NCBI GenBank assembly: GCA_030618105.1
Contig: JAUXED010000001.1
Location: 16,120 to 80,119, forward strand
Reading direction: 5' to 3'
DNA length: 64,000 nucleotides
Source of the DNA: Bacteroidota bacterium
GTDB lineage: Bacteria; Bacteroidota; Bacteroidia; Bacteroidales; VadinHA17
Shown here: piece after piece, positions 37,085 through 46,591 of the stretch
Position numbering within the stretch: position 1 is the stretch's first letter
Layout of the letters: every line of letters starts with the position of its first letter
The notes under the pieces: model-generated
Databases searched by the model: none
What the model saw: the letters and a program-made list of their open reading frames with translations, nothing else
Told to the model about the DNA's origin: nothing
Position numbers and translations under genes: made by a program

Positions 37085-37903
37085 ATGAAATATAGGAAGA
37101 TAAAAGCATTAATTATTTGTATATGTTTAATATATACAGGATTGCCGGGATGTAAAACTACAAAAAGCAGTGTTGGTTTATTTATTGAAAGCAATGAAGA
37201 AAGTGTAGAAAGGGTTAGGGAAAGTCTTATTGAAAACAAGATAGAGGTTAAAAATATTTGGGTAAAAAAATATAATTGTGAGATAAGAGAAAATTGGAAA
37301 AGAAAAGATTTTTATGGGGATATAAAAATTGTAAAAGGCGAAAAAATATTGATAACTGTTAAAAGCGGATTAGGAATAGAAACTGCAAGAGTATTGCTAA
37401 CAAAAGATTCTGTGAAAATTGTTGATAGAATGAATAAGGAGGTTTTTTGTGGAGGGTATGAGGAAATGAAAAGATATTTTGGTTTGATAGATTGTTATAA
37501 AAAGGCAGAAGATTTAATGATAAGCAATAATTCGATTGTTATAGAAGAGATGGGAAATAAATACGGAAATAAATATGAAATAAAAAAGGGAGAGAAGAAG
37601 GATGAAATAATTATTAGTGAAAAAGGGGTCAAAACGACTGGAAATAAGCAATTTACTATAAGAGTGGATAATTACAATATAGTTGAATACAGCGAAGAAA
37701 ATGGAAAAAATGAAATGCTGAAAGTTAATTATTTGAATTGGATTGATTTTGGAAAAATAAAATTTCCGGAAGAGTTAAAAATTGAAATACATAAAGGCGG
37801 TGAGAAAAGGATATCAATATTAAAGTATGAGAGAATTGAAATTGATGGAAAGATGAATACTAAATTCAGAATACCTGATGGATATAAAGTAATAAAATTA
37901 TGA
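37085..37903 (+). CDS. DUF4292-like (LolB-fold) lipoprotein
   Basis: Lipobox LPGC. Sits in the conserved Bacteroidota position between the TPR protein and the M23 peptidase. Overlaps the next gene by 4 nt (ATGA). Confidence 0.6.
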   Translation: MKYRKIKALIICICLIYTGLPGCKTTKSSVGLFIESNEESVERVRESLIENKIEVKNIWVKKYNCEIRENWKRKDFYGDIKIVKGEKILITVKSGLGIETARVLLTKDSVKIVDRMNKEVFCGGYEEMKRYFGLIDCYKKAEDLMISNNSIVIEEMGNKYGNKYEIKKGEKKDEIIISEKGVKTTGNKQFTIRVDNYNIVEYSEENGKNEMLKVNYLNWIDFGKIKFPEELKIEIHKGGEKRISILKYERIEIDGKMNTKFRIPDGYKVIKL

Positions 37904-39108
37904 TTTGGAAAAAGGATAGTAGATATTGGGGTATGTTATTGATATTGTGGGTCATAATGTTTGGGGGGGAATGTTTGTGCCAGGCAAGAAAAGAACTTGA
38001 AGAAGAAAGAGCGAAAACAATGAGGGAGATAGAATTAACAAATTTAATACTCAAAAAAACTGAAAAATCAAGAAAACAATCATTAAATCAGTTAATTATA
38101 CTAAGACGAAAAATTGAAAACAGGAACAAATATGTAAATACGCTGGAAAAGGAAATAATTTTGGTTGATAAAAAGATTGAGGAAAATAGCTGGGTAATGA
38201 ATTCACTGGAAAATGATTTAAAGAAAATAAAAAAGGAATATGAAAAAATAATTATTAGCAGCAATAAGAAATCTAAAAATCAGGATAATATTATATATTT
38301 TTTGGCATCAAAGAATTATGGACAGGCATACAGAAGAATAAAGTATTATCAGCAATATGCGGCATATAGAAAAAGGCAGGCAAAGAAAATTATAGCAATA
38401 AATAAAGTTCTGGAAATAAAGGAAGCCGAATTGGAAATGGAAAGAGATAAAAAGCAAGATCTATTAAGAATTAGGAAAACAGAAAAGGAAAAACTGAATG
38501 CAGAAAAAGATAAAAAAAACAGAATGGTTTTAAGCCTTAGGAAAAAGGAAAAAAAACTTAGGAATGAGATAAAGACAAGGGAAAGAATTTCAAGAGAGCT
38601 GGAGAAAGAAATAGTAAGAATAATTGAAGAAGAAAGAGAAAGGGAAAGAGGAAAAGGGATGTTGAAATTAACACCGGAGGAAGAAATTATTGCAATAAAT
38701 TTTTCAAGTAATAAAGGAAAACTTCCATGGCCGGCGGAAAGAGGTGTTGTAATTGAAAAATTTGGAGAACATATGCATCCGGTATTAAAAAACGTAAGAA
38801 TAAAAAATAACGGTATTGACATTGCAACAATTGATAAAGCGGAAATTAGAGCAATATTTGATGGAGAAGTAAGAAAAATTGTGGCAATAAAAGGAGCAAA
38901 TAATACTGTATTGATAAAACATGGTAATTTCTTTTCGGTATATCAGAATTTGGTTGAAGTAAGTGTAAAAAAAGGAGATAAAGTAAAAACAAAACAAAAA
39001 ATTGGAATAGTGTATTCTGATAAAGAATCAGAGAGAGGCAATGTGATTCATTTAGAAATATGGGAAAATAATGTTAAGATGAATCCTGAAACATGGATTG
39101 CAAAATAA
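37900..39108 (+). CDS. M23-family peptidase with a long coiled-coil (EnvC-like murein hydrolase activator)
   Basis: K/E-rich coiled coil followed by a LytM domain (NNGIDIAT...GNVIHLEIW). Confidence 0.8.
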   Translation: MIWKKDSRYWGMLLILWVIMFGGECLCQARKELEEERAKTMREIELTNLILKKTEKSRKQSLNQLIILRRKIENRNKYVNTLEKEIILVDKKIEENSWVMNSLENDLKKIKKEYEKIIISSNKKSKNQDNIIYFLASKNYGQAYRRIKYYQQYAAYRKRQAKKIIAINKVLEIKEAELEMERDKKQDLLRIRKTEKEKLNAEKDKKNRMVLSLRKKEKKLRNEIKTRERISRELEKEIVRIIEEERERERGKGMLKLTPEEEIIAINFSSNKGKLPWPAERGVVIEKFGEHMHPVLKNVRIKNNGIDIATIDKAEIRAIFDGEVRKIVAIKGANNTVLIKHGNFFSVYQNLVEVSVKKGDKVKTKQKIGIVYSDKESERGNVIHLEIWENNVKMNPETWIAK

Positions 39109-39174
39109 AATGGTAAATTGTAACCCGAAGAGGAAAAAGAAAGTATAAAGAAAAGAGAGAAAACATTATGTAAA

Positions 39175-39570
39175 ATGAGAAACGTGGTTAAAATAGCGTC
39201 AATAAAAGAAAACCTGAGAGAAATTGAGAAATTAATAGATGAATTTAATGAAATAGAGGAATTAAATGAAGGCCTGTATGGGAAAGTAATGCTTGCAACA
39301 ATAGAAGCAGCAAATAATGCAATAGTACATGGAAACAAGCTTGATCCGGAGAAAGAAGTTAAAGTAGAAATAATAAAAAGAAAAGAAAGAATTGAAGTTT
39401 ATATTGAAGACCAGGGAAATGGATTTGATTATATGAGAATTCCGGATCCGACAGCACCGGAAAACATTGAAAATATTCACGGAAGAGGTGTTTTTTTAAT
39501 GAAGCAGTTGTCAGATGAAGTAAATTTTTATAAAAATGGAACTAAAGTGCAGATACTGTTTAAAATATAG
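39175..39570 (+). CDS. HATPase_c-type anti-sigma regulatory factor (RsbW/SpoIIAB-like Ser kinase)
   Basis: 131 aa. EAANNAIVHGN (N-box), DQGNGFD (G1), GRGVFLM (G2). Confidence 0.7.
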   Translation: MRNVVKIASIKENLREIEKLIDEFNEIEELNEGLYGKVMLATIEAANNAIVHGNKLDPEKEVKVEIIKRKERIEVYIEDQGNGFDYMRIPDPTAPENIENIHGRGVFLMKQLSDEVNFYKNGTKVQILFKI

Positions 39571-39571
39571 T

Positions 39572-39593
39572 AACTCACGACTCACGACTCAAG
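39572..39593 (+). repeat. (ACTCACG)x3 heptamer repeat after the anti-sigma kinase gene
   Basis: Direct reading. Confidence 0.8.
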
Positions 39594-39652
39594 ATTCTAC
39601 AATTTTAGTCACTTCTTTTATTAGTCACTGAATAGTTGCAAAATATAAATTG

Positions 39653-40066
39653 ATGGAAATTTTTTTTCATAACGAAGATGTTAAAATTGAAGTAAAAGAA
39701 AAAGAGAGAATTAGGAAATGGATAGAGGATACAGTAAAAAGTGAAGGAAAAAAAGGAGAAACAATAAATATAATTCTTACAAGCAATAGTAATATACTGT
39801 CTTTAAATAAAAAGTATCTGAACAGAAACTATATGACGGATATTATTGCTTTCAATTATAACAGGGAGAACATTATATCAGGAGACCTGTTTCTGAACCC
39901 GGATACAATTAAGAAAAATGCGAAAAAATATAAAACAATATTTGCAGAAGAAATTAACAGGGTTATTATTCATGGAGTTCTGCACCTGATTGGTTATGAT
40001 GATAAGAAAGAGGAGGAGAAAAAAGTGATGAGAGAAAAGGAGAATTTTTACCTGGATAGATTTTAG
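39653..40066 (+). CDS. ybeY: rRNA maturation endoribonuclease YbeY
   Basis: The HGVLHLIGYDD zinc motif. ATG at 39653 (the track starts one codon earlier at a TTG). Confidence 0.9.
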   Translation: MEIFFHNEDVKIEVKEKERIRKWIEDTVKSEGKKGETINIILTSNSNILSLNKKYLNRNYMTDIIAFNYNRENIISGDLFLNPDTIKKNAKKYKTIFAEEINRVIIHGVLHLIGYDDKKEEEKKVMREKENFYLDRF

Positions 40067-40321
40067 ACACTTCCTGAGCTTACCTATAGAAGAAAAGAAT
40101 AAATTTGTAAATGTTTTATTCAATCTTAGAAATCAAACTTCTTTGTTGTTGGTCATTATTTTTTGTTAAAAATGATATATATTGTTGGAATACTGGAATA
40201 TTGGAATGTTTGTAATAGTAATCCATTTTCTTATCATCATTAAACTATTCAATTTTTCCATATTTCCTTTAATTGATTTTAGCTGGTTGTTATTAGGCGG
40301 CAAGAATAATAATATAGGATA

Positions 40322-42193
40322 ATGAAAGAATATGATGTAATTGTTATTGGAGGGGGACATGCGGGTTGTGAAGCAGCAGCATCAGCAGCAAATATGGGTT
40401 CTGAGGTGTTGCTGATTACAATGGATATGACAAAAATTGCAGAAATGTCATGCAATCCGGCTATGGGAGGGATTGCAAAAGGACAAATAATTAGGGAGAT
40501 AGATGCTTTGGGAGGGTATAGTGGAATAGTTACTGATGAAAGCATGATACAGTTCCGAATGCTTAACAGGTCGAAAGGTCCGGCAATGTGGAGCCCAAGG
40601 GCACAAAACGACAGAATGAAATTTACGAAAATTTGGAGGGAGAAACTTGAAGGAATTGAAAACCTGGATTTTTGGCAGGATACTGTAGAAATAATTATGA
40701 TAAAAAATAACAAGGTTGTTGGTGTAAAGACAAATATGGGAAGGGCAATAAAAGGGCAAAGTGTTATTATTACAAGCGGGACGTTTATGAATGGAATTAT
40801 GTATGTTGGAAAAGTGAGAAATAAGGGAGGAAGAGCCTCAGAACCTGCATCATATGGATTGTCAAAGCAATTAATGAATATTGGTTTTGAGGTTGGAAGA
40901 ATGAAAACAGGAACACCGGCAAGAATTGATGGAAGAACGATAAATTTTAAAAAATTAAAGGAGCAAAAAGGAGATGGAGAAGGGAAATGTTTTTCATTTA
41001 TGAATGATAAAGTTGTTATAGGAAATGAAAAAAGCTGCTTTATTACATATACAAACAAGGAAGTTCATAATATTCTTAATAGAGGTCTTATGGATTCGCC
41101 TTTATATGATGGTTCGATAAAAAGTATTGGACCAAGGTATTGTCCGAGTATAGAAGGAAAAATAGTAACATTTGCGGGGAAAGATATGCATCAGTTATTC
41201 CTTGAACCGGAAGGAGAAAATACTGTAGAATATTATATTAACGGGTTTTCGTCCAGTTTATCAGTGGAAATACAATATGAAGCAATGAAAAAAATCGAAG
41301 GACTGGAAAAAGTAAAAATATTCAGACCGGGCTATGCAATAGAATATGATTACTTTCCACCAACACAAATAAAACATACACTGGAGACGAAAAGAATAGA
41401 GAACCTCTATTTTGCCGGACAGGTAAATGGAACAACGGGATATGAAGAGGCTGGTGCACAGGGTTTAATGGCAGGAATAAATGCTCATTTAAAGTTAAAT
41501 AACAAAGAAGAAATAATTCTTAAACGTAACGAAGCTTATATAGGAGTACTTATTGACGACCTTATTACAAAGGGAGTTGATGAACCATACAGAATGTTTA
41601 CATCAAGAGCAGAGTACAGAATTTTGTTAAGACAAGATAATGCTGATAAAAGACTTACAGGTATAGGATATAAAATTGGGTTGGCATCTGAAGAAAGAAT
41701 GGAAAAAGTAAGGAAAAAGTATAAAGAAAGAGATGAAGTAATTAAATGGATTAAAAAGGAATCAATAAGACCGGAAGAAATAAACAAGATATTAGAAAAG
41801 CACGGAACAAGAAAAATTAAGCAAAGCAGAAAACTGGATCAAATATTATTAAGACCGGAAATTAAAATTAATGACCTGGAAAAGGGATTAGAAAAAGTTA
41901 AAAAGAGATTTGGTGAAATAGGTGTAATGAAAGAGGAGATATTAGAATCAGCAGAAATTGAGATTAAATATGAAGGTTACATTGAAAGAGAAGACAAAAT
42001 TGCAAAAAAGATACAACGGCTGGAAAATATAAAATTGAAAGGAGAAATTAATTATAATGAAATGTTATCAATATCGACAGAGGGCAGGCAAAAACTTTCA
42101 AAAATCAGACCGGAGACAATTGGACAAGCATCAAGAATAAGTGGTGTATCTCCTTCGGATATTAATGTATTGCTCGTATTTATGGGAAGGTGA
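40322..42193 (+). CDS. mnmG: tRNA uridine-5-carboxymethylaminomethyl synthesis enzyme MnmG (GidA)
   Basis: YDVIVIGGGHAGCEAA FAD motif, 623 aa, GidA-associated C-terminal domain. Confidence 0.95.
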   Translation: MKEYDVIVIGGGHAGCEAAASAANMGSEVLLITMDMTKIAEMSCNPAMGGIAKGQIIREIDALGGYSGIVTDESMIQFRMLNRSKGPAMWSPRAQNDRMKFTKIWREKLEGIENLDFWQDTVEIIMIKNNKVVGVKTNMGRAIKGQSVIITSGTFMNGIMYVGKVRNKGGRASEPASYGLSKQLMNIGFEVGRMKTGTPARIDGRTINFKKLKEQKGDGEGKCFSFMNDKVVIGNEKSCFITYTNKEVHNILNRGLMDSPLYDGSIKSIGPRYCPSIEGKIVTFAGKDMHQLFLEPEGENTVEYYINGFSSSLSVEIQYEAMKKIEGLEKVKIFRPGYAIEYDYFPPTQIKHTLETKRIENLYFAGQVNGTTGYEEAGAQGLMAGINAHLKLNNKEEIILKRNEAYIGVLIDDLITKGVDEPYRMFTSRAEYRILLRQDNADKRLTGIGYKIGLASEERMEKVRKKYKERDEVIKWIKKESIRPEEINKILEKHGTRKIKQSRKLDQILLRPEIKINDLEKGLEKVKKRFGEIGVMKEEILESAEIEIKYEGYIEREDKIAKKIQRLENIKLKGEINYNEMLSISTEGRQKLSKIRPETIGQASRISGVSPSDINVLLVFMGR

Positions 42194-42230
42194 AGAAGTA
42201 AGAAGTAAGAAGTAAGTAGTATGTAGTAAG
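42191..42230 (+). repeat. (GTAAGAA/GTAAGTA)n heptamers starting at the mnmG stop codon
   Basis: Direct reading. Confidence 0.9.
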
Positions 42231-42269
42231 ATGTCACGTGAGAAGGCGATAAGGCAAAGGCTTTCTATT

Positions 42270-42285
42270 TGTTCCACGTGGAACA
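42270..42285. promoter_or_regulatory. Perfect 16-bp palindrome TGTTCCACGTGGAACA, copy 1
   Basis: Identical 17-mer (…ACAT) at 42354-42370. A third CACGTG-core palindrome, TCACGTGA, lies at 42234-42241. Confidence 0.5.
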
Positions 42286-42310
42286 TGTTTTGGTTTTAGT
42301 AAATATGTAT

Positions 42311-42349
42311 TTTAACTTTTAACTTTATAACTTTATAACTTTTAACTTC
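42311..42349. repeat. (TTTAACTT/TATAACTT) A/T-rich tandem words between the two palindromes
   Basis: Direct reading. Confidence 0.7.
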
Positions 42350-42353
42350 ATTG

Positions 42354-42369
42354 TGTTCCACGTGGAACA
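42354..42369. promoter_or_regulatory. Perfect 16-bp palindrome TGTTCCACGTGGAACA, copy 2, 14 bp upstream of the ade ATG
   Basis: Direct reading. Centre-to-centre spacing to copy 1 is 84 bp. Confidence 0.5.
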
Positions 42370-42382
42370 TTATTAATATAGC

Positions 42383-44020
42383 ATGAAAGAAAAAAAATAT
42401 TTATTATTTGGGAAATTAGTTGATCCGGTAAACAGAACGATACTGAATGCTGGTATTTCTGTGGAAAACGGGAAAATAGCAAAAATAGAGTCTGTTAAAG
42501 AGCAAAGCGGAAAATATATTCTGCCTGGTTTTGTTGATGCTCATGTGCATATTGAAAGCTCAATGCTTACTCCGGGTGAGTTTGCCCGACTGGCGGTCAG
42601 ACACGGAACAGTTGCAACAGTGTCAGATCCACACGAAATAGCAAATGTGTGCGGGAAAGAGGGATTGAGATTCATGATTGAGGATGGAAAAACGGTGCCG
42701 TTGAAATTTCATTTTGGGGTACCGTCATGTGTTCCGGCTACAGATTTTGAAACATCAGGTGCAACTCTGAATGCTGAAATTGTTGGTGAGCTGTTAAAAA
42801 GCGATGATTATTTTTTCCTGGCCGAGATGATGAACTTCCCGGGGGTAATAGATAATGATACGGAGGTTTGGGGAAAGATAAGAACTGCAATAAAGTTAAA
42901 CAAACCCATTGATGGGCATGCGCCGGGAGTTACAGGTGAAAGATTAAAAAAATATGCTGGTGCAAACATCTCTACTGATCACGAATGTTCAACTATTGAT
43001 GAAGCTATTGAAAAAATTGAGAATGGAATTAAAATACAGATAAGGGAAGGTAGTGCAGCAAAAAACTTTAATGCTCTCTGTTCTTTAATAAAAAAGTATC
43101 CTGAAAAGGTTATGTTATGTACTGATGATTGCCATCCTGACGATCTGGTAAAAGGACATATTAACCTGCTTATTAAAAGAGGTCTTGAAAAGGGGATTGA
43201 CCTGTTTGACCTGCTGACAGCTGCTTGTGTTAACCCGGTTAAACATTACAATCTGAATATAGGATTACTGCAGACTGGAGATCCTGCTGACTTTATCATT
43301 GTAGATAATCTGAATGATTTCAATATCCTTGAAACATATATTAACGGAAAAAAAGTATATGATAACGCAAAAATTTTATTTGAATATAAAACAGATAAGC
43401 AGGTTAATAATTTCAAAAGGAAGGAAATATTGAAAAATGATCTGCTGGTAAAAGATAAAGGAAAGAATATAAGGGTTATTAAGTGTTTTGACGGACAATT
43501 ATTTACTAACTCAATAGTGGTAAAACCAAATACCAGGAGCGGGCATGTAATTCCGGATGTTGAAAATGATATATTGAAACTTGTTGTTGTAAACCGTTAC
43601 AATAATTCCGAACTTGCAATTGGATTTATTCATGGCATTGGATTTAAAGATGGTGCTGTGGCTCAAAGCATTGCTCACGACAGTCATAATATTATTGCTG
43701 TAGGAGCAAATGATAAAGATTTGCTAAAAGCGATAAATACAGTAATTTCTTTAAAAGGTGGTATTGCAATTAGTGAAAATGGAAATATTCATCAATTACC
43801 TCTGGAAATTGCCGGATTAATGTCTTCTGAAAGCGGAGAAAAAACAGCTTTAAGGTATGCTGAACTAAACGAATTAGCAAAATCCCTGGGATCTTCATTC
43901 AAATCACCCTTAATGACACTCTCGTTTATGGCTCTTTTAGTTATTCCTGAACTAAAACTGAGCGATAAAGGTCTTTTTGATGTTAACGCTTTTTCACCGG
44001 TATCATTGTTTGTTGAATAA
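42383..44020 (+). CDS. ade: Adenine deaminase
   Basis: PGFVDAHVHIESSM metal-binding motif, 545 aa, amidohydrolase plus Adenine_deam_C layout. Confidence 0.9.
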   Translation: MKEKKYLLFGKLVDPVNRTILNAGISVENGKIAKIESVKEQSGKYILPGFVDAHVHIESSMLTPGEFARLAVRHGTVATVSDPHEIANVCGKEGLRFMIEDGKTVPLKFHFGVPSCVPATDFETSGATLNAEIVGELLKSDDYFFLAEMMNFPGVIDNDTEVWGKIRTAIKLNKPIDGHAPGVTGERLKKYAGANISTDHECSTIDEAIEKIENGIKIQIREGSAAKNFNALCSLIKKYPEKVMLCTDDCHPDDLVKGHINLLIKRGLEKGIDLFDLLTAACVNPVKHYNLNIGLLQTGDPADFIIVDNLNDFNILETYINGKKVYDNAKILFEYKTDKQVNNFKRKEILKNDLLVKDKGKNIRVIKCFDGQLFTNSIVVKPNTRSGHVIPDVENDILKLVVVNRYNNSELAIGFIHGIGFKDGAVAQSIAHDSHNIIAVGANDKDLLKAINTVISLKGGIAISENGNIHQLPLEIAGLMSSESGEKTALRYAELNELAKSLGSSFKSPLMTLSFMALLVIPELKLSDKGLFDVNAFSPVSLFVE

Positions 44021-44094
44021 TGAGCAGAAAGTAAGGAATAGAAATATAGATTTTTCCTCTTGCAAGGCTATTTAAAAAATGAGTAATGAATACA

Positions 44095-44235
44095 GTTCTT
44101 TTCTTTGTGGAACTCTGTATTTTCTTTGTGGTCCTTTGTGTAATAACTATTTAAGAGCTAGCCACAGAGAAACACAAACCTGCCCGCCGCTTTGCTTTGG
44201 CAGGCGGGGAAGTCACAAAGAGCCACAAAGACTTT
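44095..44235. repeat. Composite palindromic element: CTTTGTGG words (left), GC hairpin CCCGCC...GGCGGG (centre), CCACAAAG words (right)
   Basis: 44103-44140 compared with the reverse complement of 44162-44231. Central stem at 44183-44208. Confidence 0.6.
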
Positions 44236-44361
44236 TCAAACTGAGTTCAAAGTTCAAAGTTAACCCGCAACTCGTAACCCGAAACTCTTTTACACTGCAA
44301 CACAATTACTAAACTCTTTTATTCTTAAACTTATAAACCTCTCAACTTATAAACTATTCAA

Positions 44362-44382
44362 CACCTCATCACCTCATCACCC
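44362..44382. repeat. (TCATCACC) word pair upstream of uvrC
   Basis: CACCTCATCACCTCATCACCC. Confidence 0.8.
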
Positions 44383-44411
44383 ATATTACATAAATTTACT
44401 ACATTTCGGGA

Positions 44412-46238
44412 ATGATACGGTCAGAAAATAAATCTGCACATATTGAATCTCTGCTATCGGTAATGCCTGGTAAGCCCGGTGTATACCAGTATTTTGATAA
44501 TAATGGTATTTTGATATATGTTGGGAAGGCAAAAAATCTGAAAAAGCGGGTTTCTTCATATTTTACCGGGAGAAACTATGGTAAAACGAAGATCCTGGTC
44601 AGTAAAATTGCTGAAATAAAACATATTGTTGTTGATTGTGAAGCAGATGCATTATTGCTTGAAAACAACCTGATTAAGAAATACCAGCCCAGGTATAATA
44701 TAATGCTTAAGGACGATAAAACTTTCCCATGGATATGTATTAAAAATGAACCTTTTCCAAGGGTTTTTTCTACAAGGAATATTATTCATGACGGATCAGA
44801 TTATTTCGGTCCGTATACTACCGGAGGAATGGTAAAAACTTTATTGGAACTAATAAAAAAGCTATATCCGCTCAGAACATGTTCCTATAAACTTACTCCG
44901 GAAAACATTAAAAAAAGAAAAATAAAAGTTTGTCTTGAATATCACCTTGGGAATTGTAAAGGTCCTTGCGAGGGCTTACAAAGTGAAGAAAAATATGAAA
45001 AATTGATTAAACAAGTGAAAAATATCCTGAAGGGAAATATTCAGGAAGTTATCGGATACCTGAAGAAGTTAATGGATGAATATGCAACCGGATTAAAATA
45101 TGAAAGGGCGGCTATTATAAAAGAAAAAATTAAAACGCTTGAGAAATACCGGAGCCGTTCAACTATTGTTAGTTTACGCATCAAAGATGTGGATGTTTTT
45201 TCAATAATTGATGATAAAAAGCGTGCATATGTTAATTATTTAAAAGTGATAAAAGGAGCAGTAATTCAGTCACATACGGTAGAAATCAAGAAAAAACTTG
45301 AAGAGACAAAAGAGGAAATATTGCCGATAGTTATTATTGATATAAGAAAGCGTTTTTCGAGTAAAGCAAAAGAAATAATTCTGCCATTTATCCCGGAGAT
45401 TGAACTTAAAGAGGCAAATGTTATTGTTCCTCAAAGAGGTGATAAGAAGAAATTGCTGGATCTTTCAAAAAGAAATGCATGGTATTATCGAAGAGGGATT
45501 CAAAAACTTTTGGAAGGAAGCAAAAAGTCAGTACGCCAGGAAAAGAAACTGGAACAATTACAAAAAGACCTGAGAATAAAAAAATTACCAATACATATAG
45601 AGTGTTTTGATAATTCAAATATTCAGGGAACAAGTCCTGTAGCAGCTTGTGTAGTGTTCAAAAACGGGATGCCTTTAAAACGGGAATACAGGCATTATAA
45701 TATTAAGACTGTGCAGGGGGCAAATGATTATGCTTCAATGGGCGAGGTGGTATATCGAAGGTACAGCAGGTTATTAAACGAAAATAAATCACTGCCTCAA
45801 TTGGTTATAATTGATGGCGGGAAAGGTCAGTTAAATGCAGCAGTTGAAAGTCTGGATAAACTAAATATTAAAAAACAACTTACAATAATTGGAATAGCAA
45901 AACGACTGGAAGAAATATTTTTTCCATCTGATCCGGTTCCTCTCTATCTTGACAAAAATTCATATTCGTTAAAAATTATCCAGAATCTGAGAAATGAAGC
46001 ACACCGGTTCGGAATCTCATTTCACCGGCAAAAACGATCAAATAAATTTTTGGGATCAGAAATTGATCAGATAAAAGGAATTGGTCCGGAGACTTTAAAA
46101 AAACTATTTGAAAAATTTAAAAGTGTTGACCGGATAAAAAAAGCCGGTAGTGAAGAATTGAAAAAACTTGTTGGTAAGGCAAAAACAAAGATTTTAATGG
46201 AATATTTAAAAAACTATCCTGGATCAGGGAAAAGTTAA
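44412..46238 (+). CDS. uvrC: Excinuclease ABC subunit C
   Basis: GIY-YIG (PGVYQY...IYVGKAKNLKKR), UVR domain, C-terminal (HhH)2. Confidence 0.95.
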   Translation: MIRSENKSAHIESLLSVMPGKPGVYQYFDNNGILIYVGKAKNLKKRVSSYFTGRNYGKTKILVSKIAEIKHIVVDCEADALLLENNLIKKYQPRYNIMLKDDKTFPWICIKNEPFPRVFSTRNIIHDGSDYFGPYTTGGMVKTLLELIKKLYPLRTCSYKLTPENIKKRKIKVCLEYHLGNCKGPCEGLQSEEKYEKLIKQVKNILKGNIQEVIGYLKKLMDEYATGLKYERAAIIKEKIKTLEKYRSRSTIVSLRIKDVDVFSIIDDKKRAYVNYLKVIKGAVIQSHTVEIKKKLEETKEEILPIVIIDIRKRFSSKAKEIILPFIPEIELKEANVIVPQRGDKKKLLDLSKRNAWYYRRGIQKLLEGSKKSVRQEKKLEQLQKDLRIKKLPIHIECFDNSNIQGTSPVAACVVFKNGMPLKREYRHYNIKTVQGANDYASMGEVVYRRYSRLLNENKSLPQLVIIDGGKGQLNAAVESLDKLNIKKQLTIIGIAKRLEEIFFPSDPVPLYLDKNSYSLKIIQNLRNEAHRFGISFHRQKRSNKFLGSEIDQIKGIGPETLKKLFEKFKSVDRIKKAGSEELKKLVGKAKTKILMEYLKNYPGSGKS

Positions 46239-46358
46239 GCAAAACAACATGCCCTGTAATATATTAATAATCAGCCAGCAATACTGTATTTCATGTGTTT
46301 TTGAGCTTGTTTCCTTGTAATATATATTTTTTCTATTCTAATACCCTGTGTAAATGCT

Positions 46359-46470
46359 AAGGAGGAAAGGAAGTGAAGAGAATTAAAAATTAGAAATTTG
46401 AAATTAAAAAGTGAAGAGGAGGAAATGTGGAGATGGGGAAATGAGGAAATGAGGAGATGAGGAAATAGGA
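46359..46470 (+). repeat. Purine-rich degenerate word block (GGAAATGAGG / GTGAAGAG) downstream of uvrC
   Basis: Almost C-free on the + strand for ~110 bp. Confidence 0.75.
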
Positions 46471-46591
46471 TAAAGAAGTTTCATCCCTTGGTAAATAAAA
46501 TGTTTTAAGATCGCAAATTGCTGCCTTAAAGGAATAAAATATTTTTAATACCGGAATCAGGAGAGTATATAATTAAATAGCGTAATTTTAT

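Noticed and set aside
38349-38822. 157-aa minus-strand ORF inside the M23 peptidase gene
   Set aside because: It is the antisense of the K/E-rich coiled-coil region, where AAG/GAA codons read as F/S/L on the other strand. It is spurious.
40279-41058. 259-aa minus-strand ORF overlapping the 5' half of mnmG
   Set aside because: It is fully antisense to a very well supported conserved gene (mnmG). Its composition is hydrophobic and low-complexity, with no recognisable motif.
42194-42382. Purine riboswitch upstream of adenine deaminase, and likewise a preQ1 riboswitch upstream of queD at 50260-50406
   Set aside because: I could not find the conserved cores: the purine three-way junction with its U/C-specifying loop motifs, or the preQ1 hairpin plus A-rich tail. 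The regions are occupied by palindromes and word repeats instead.
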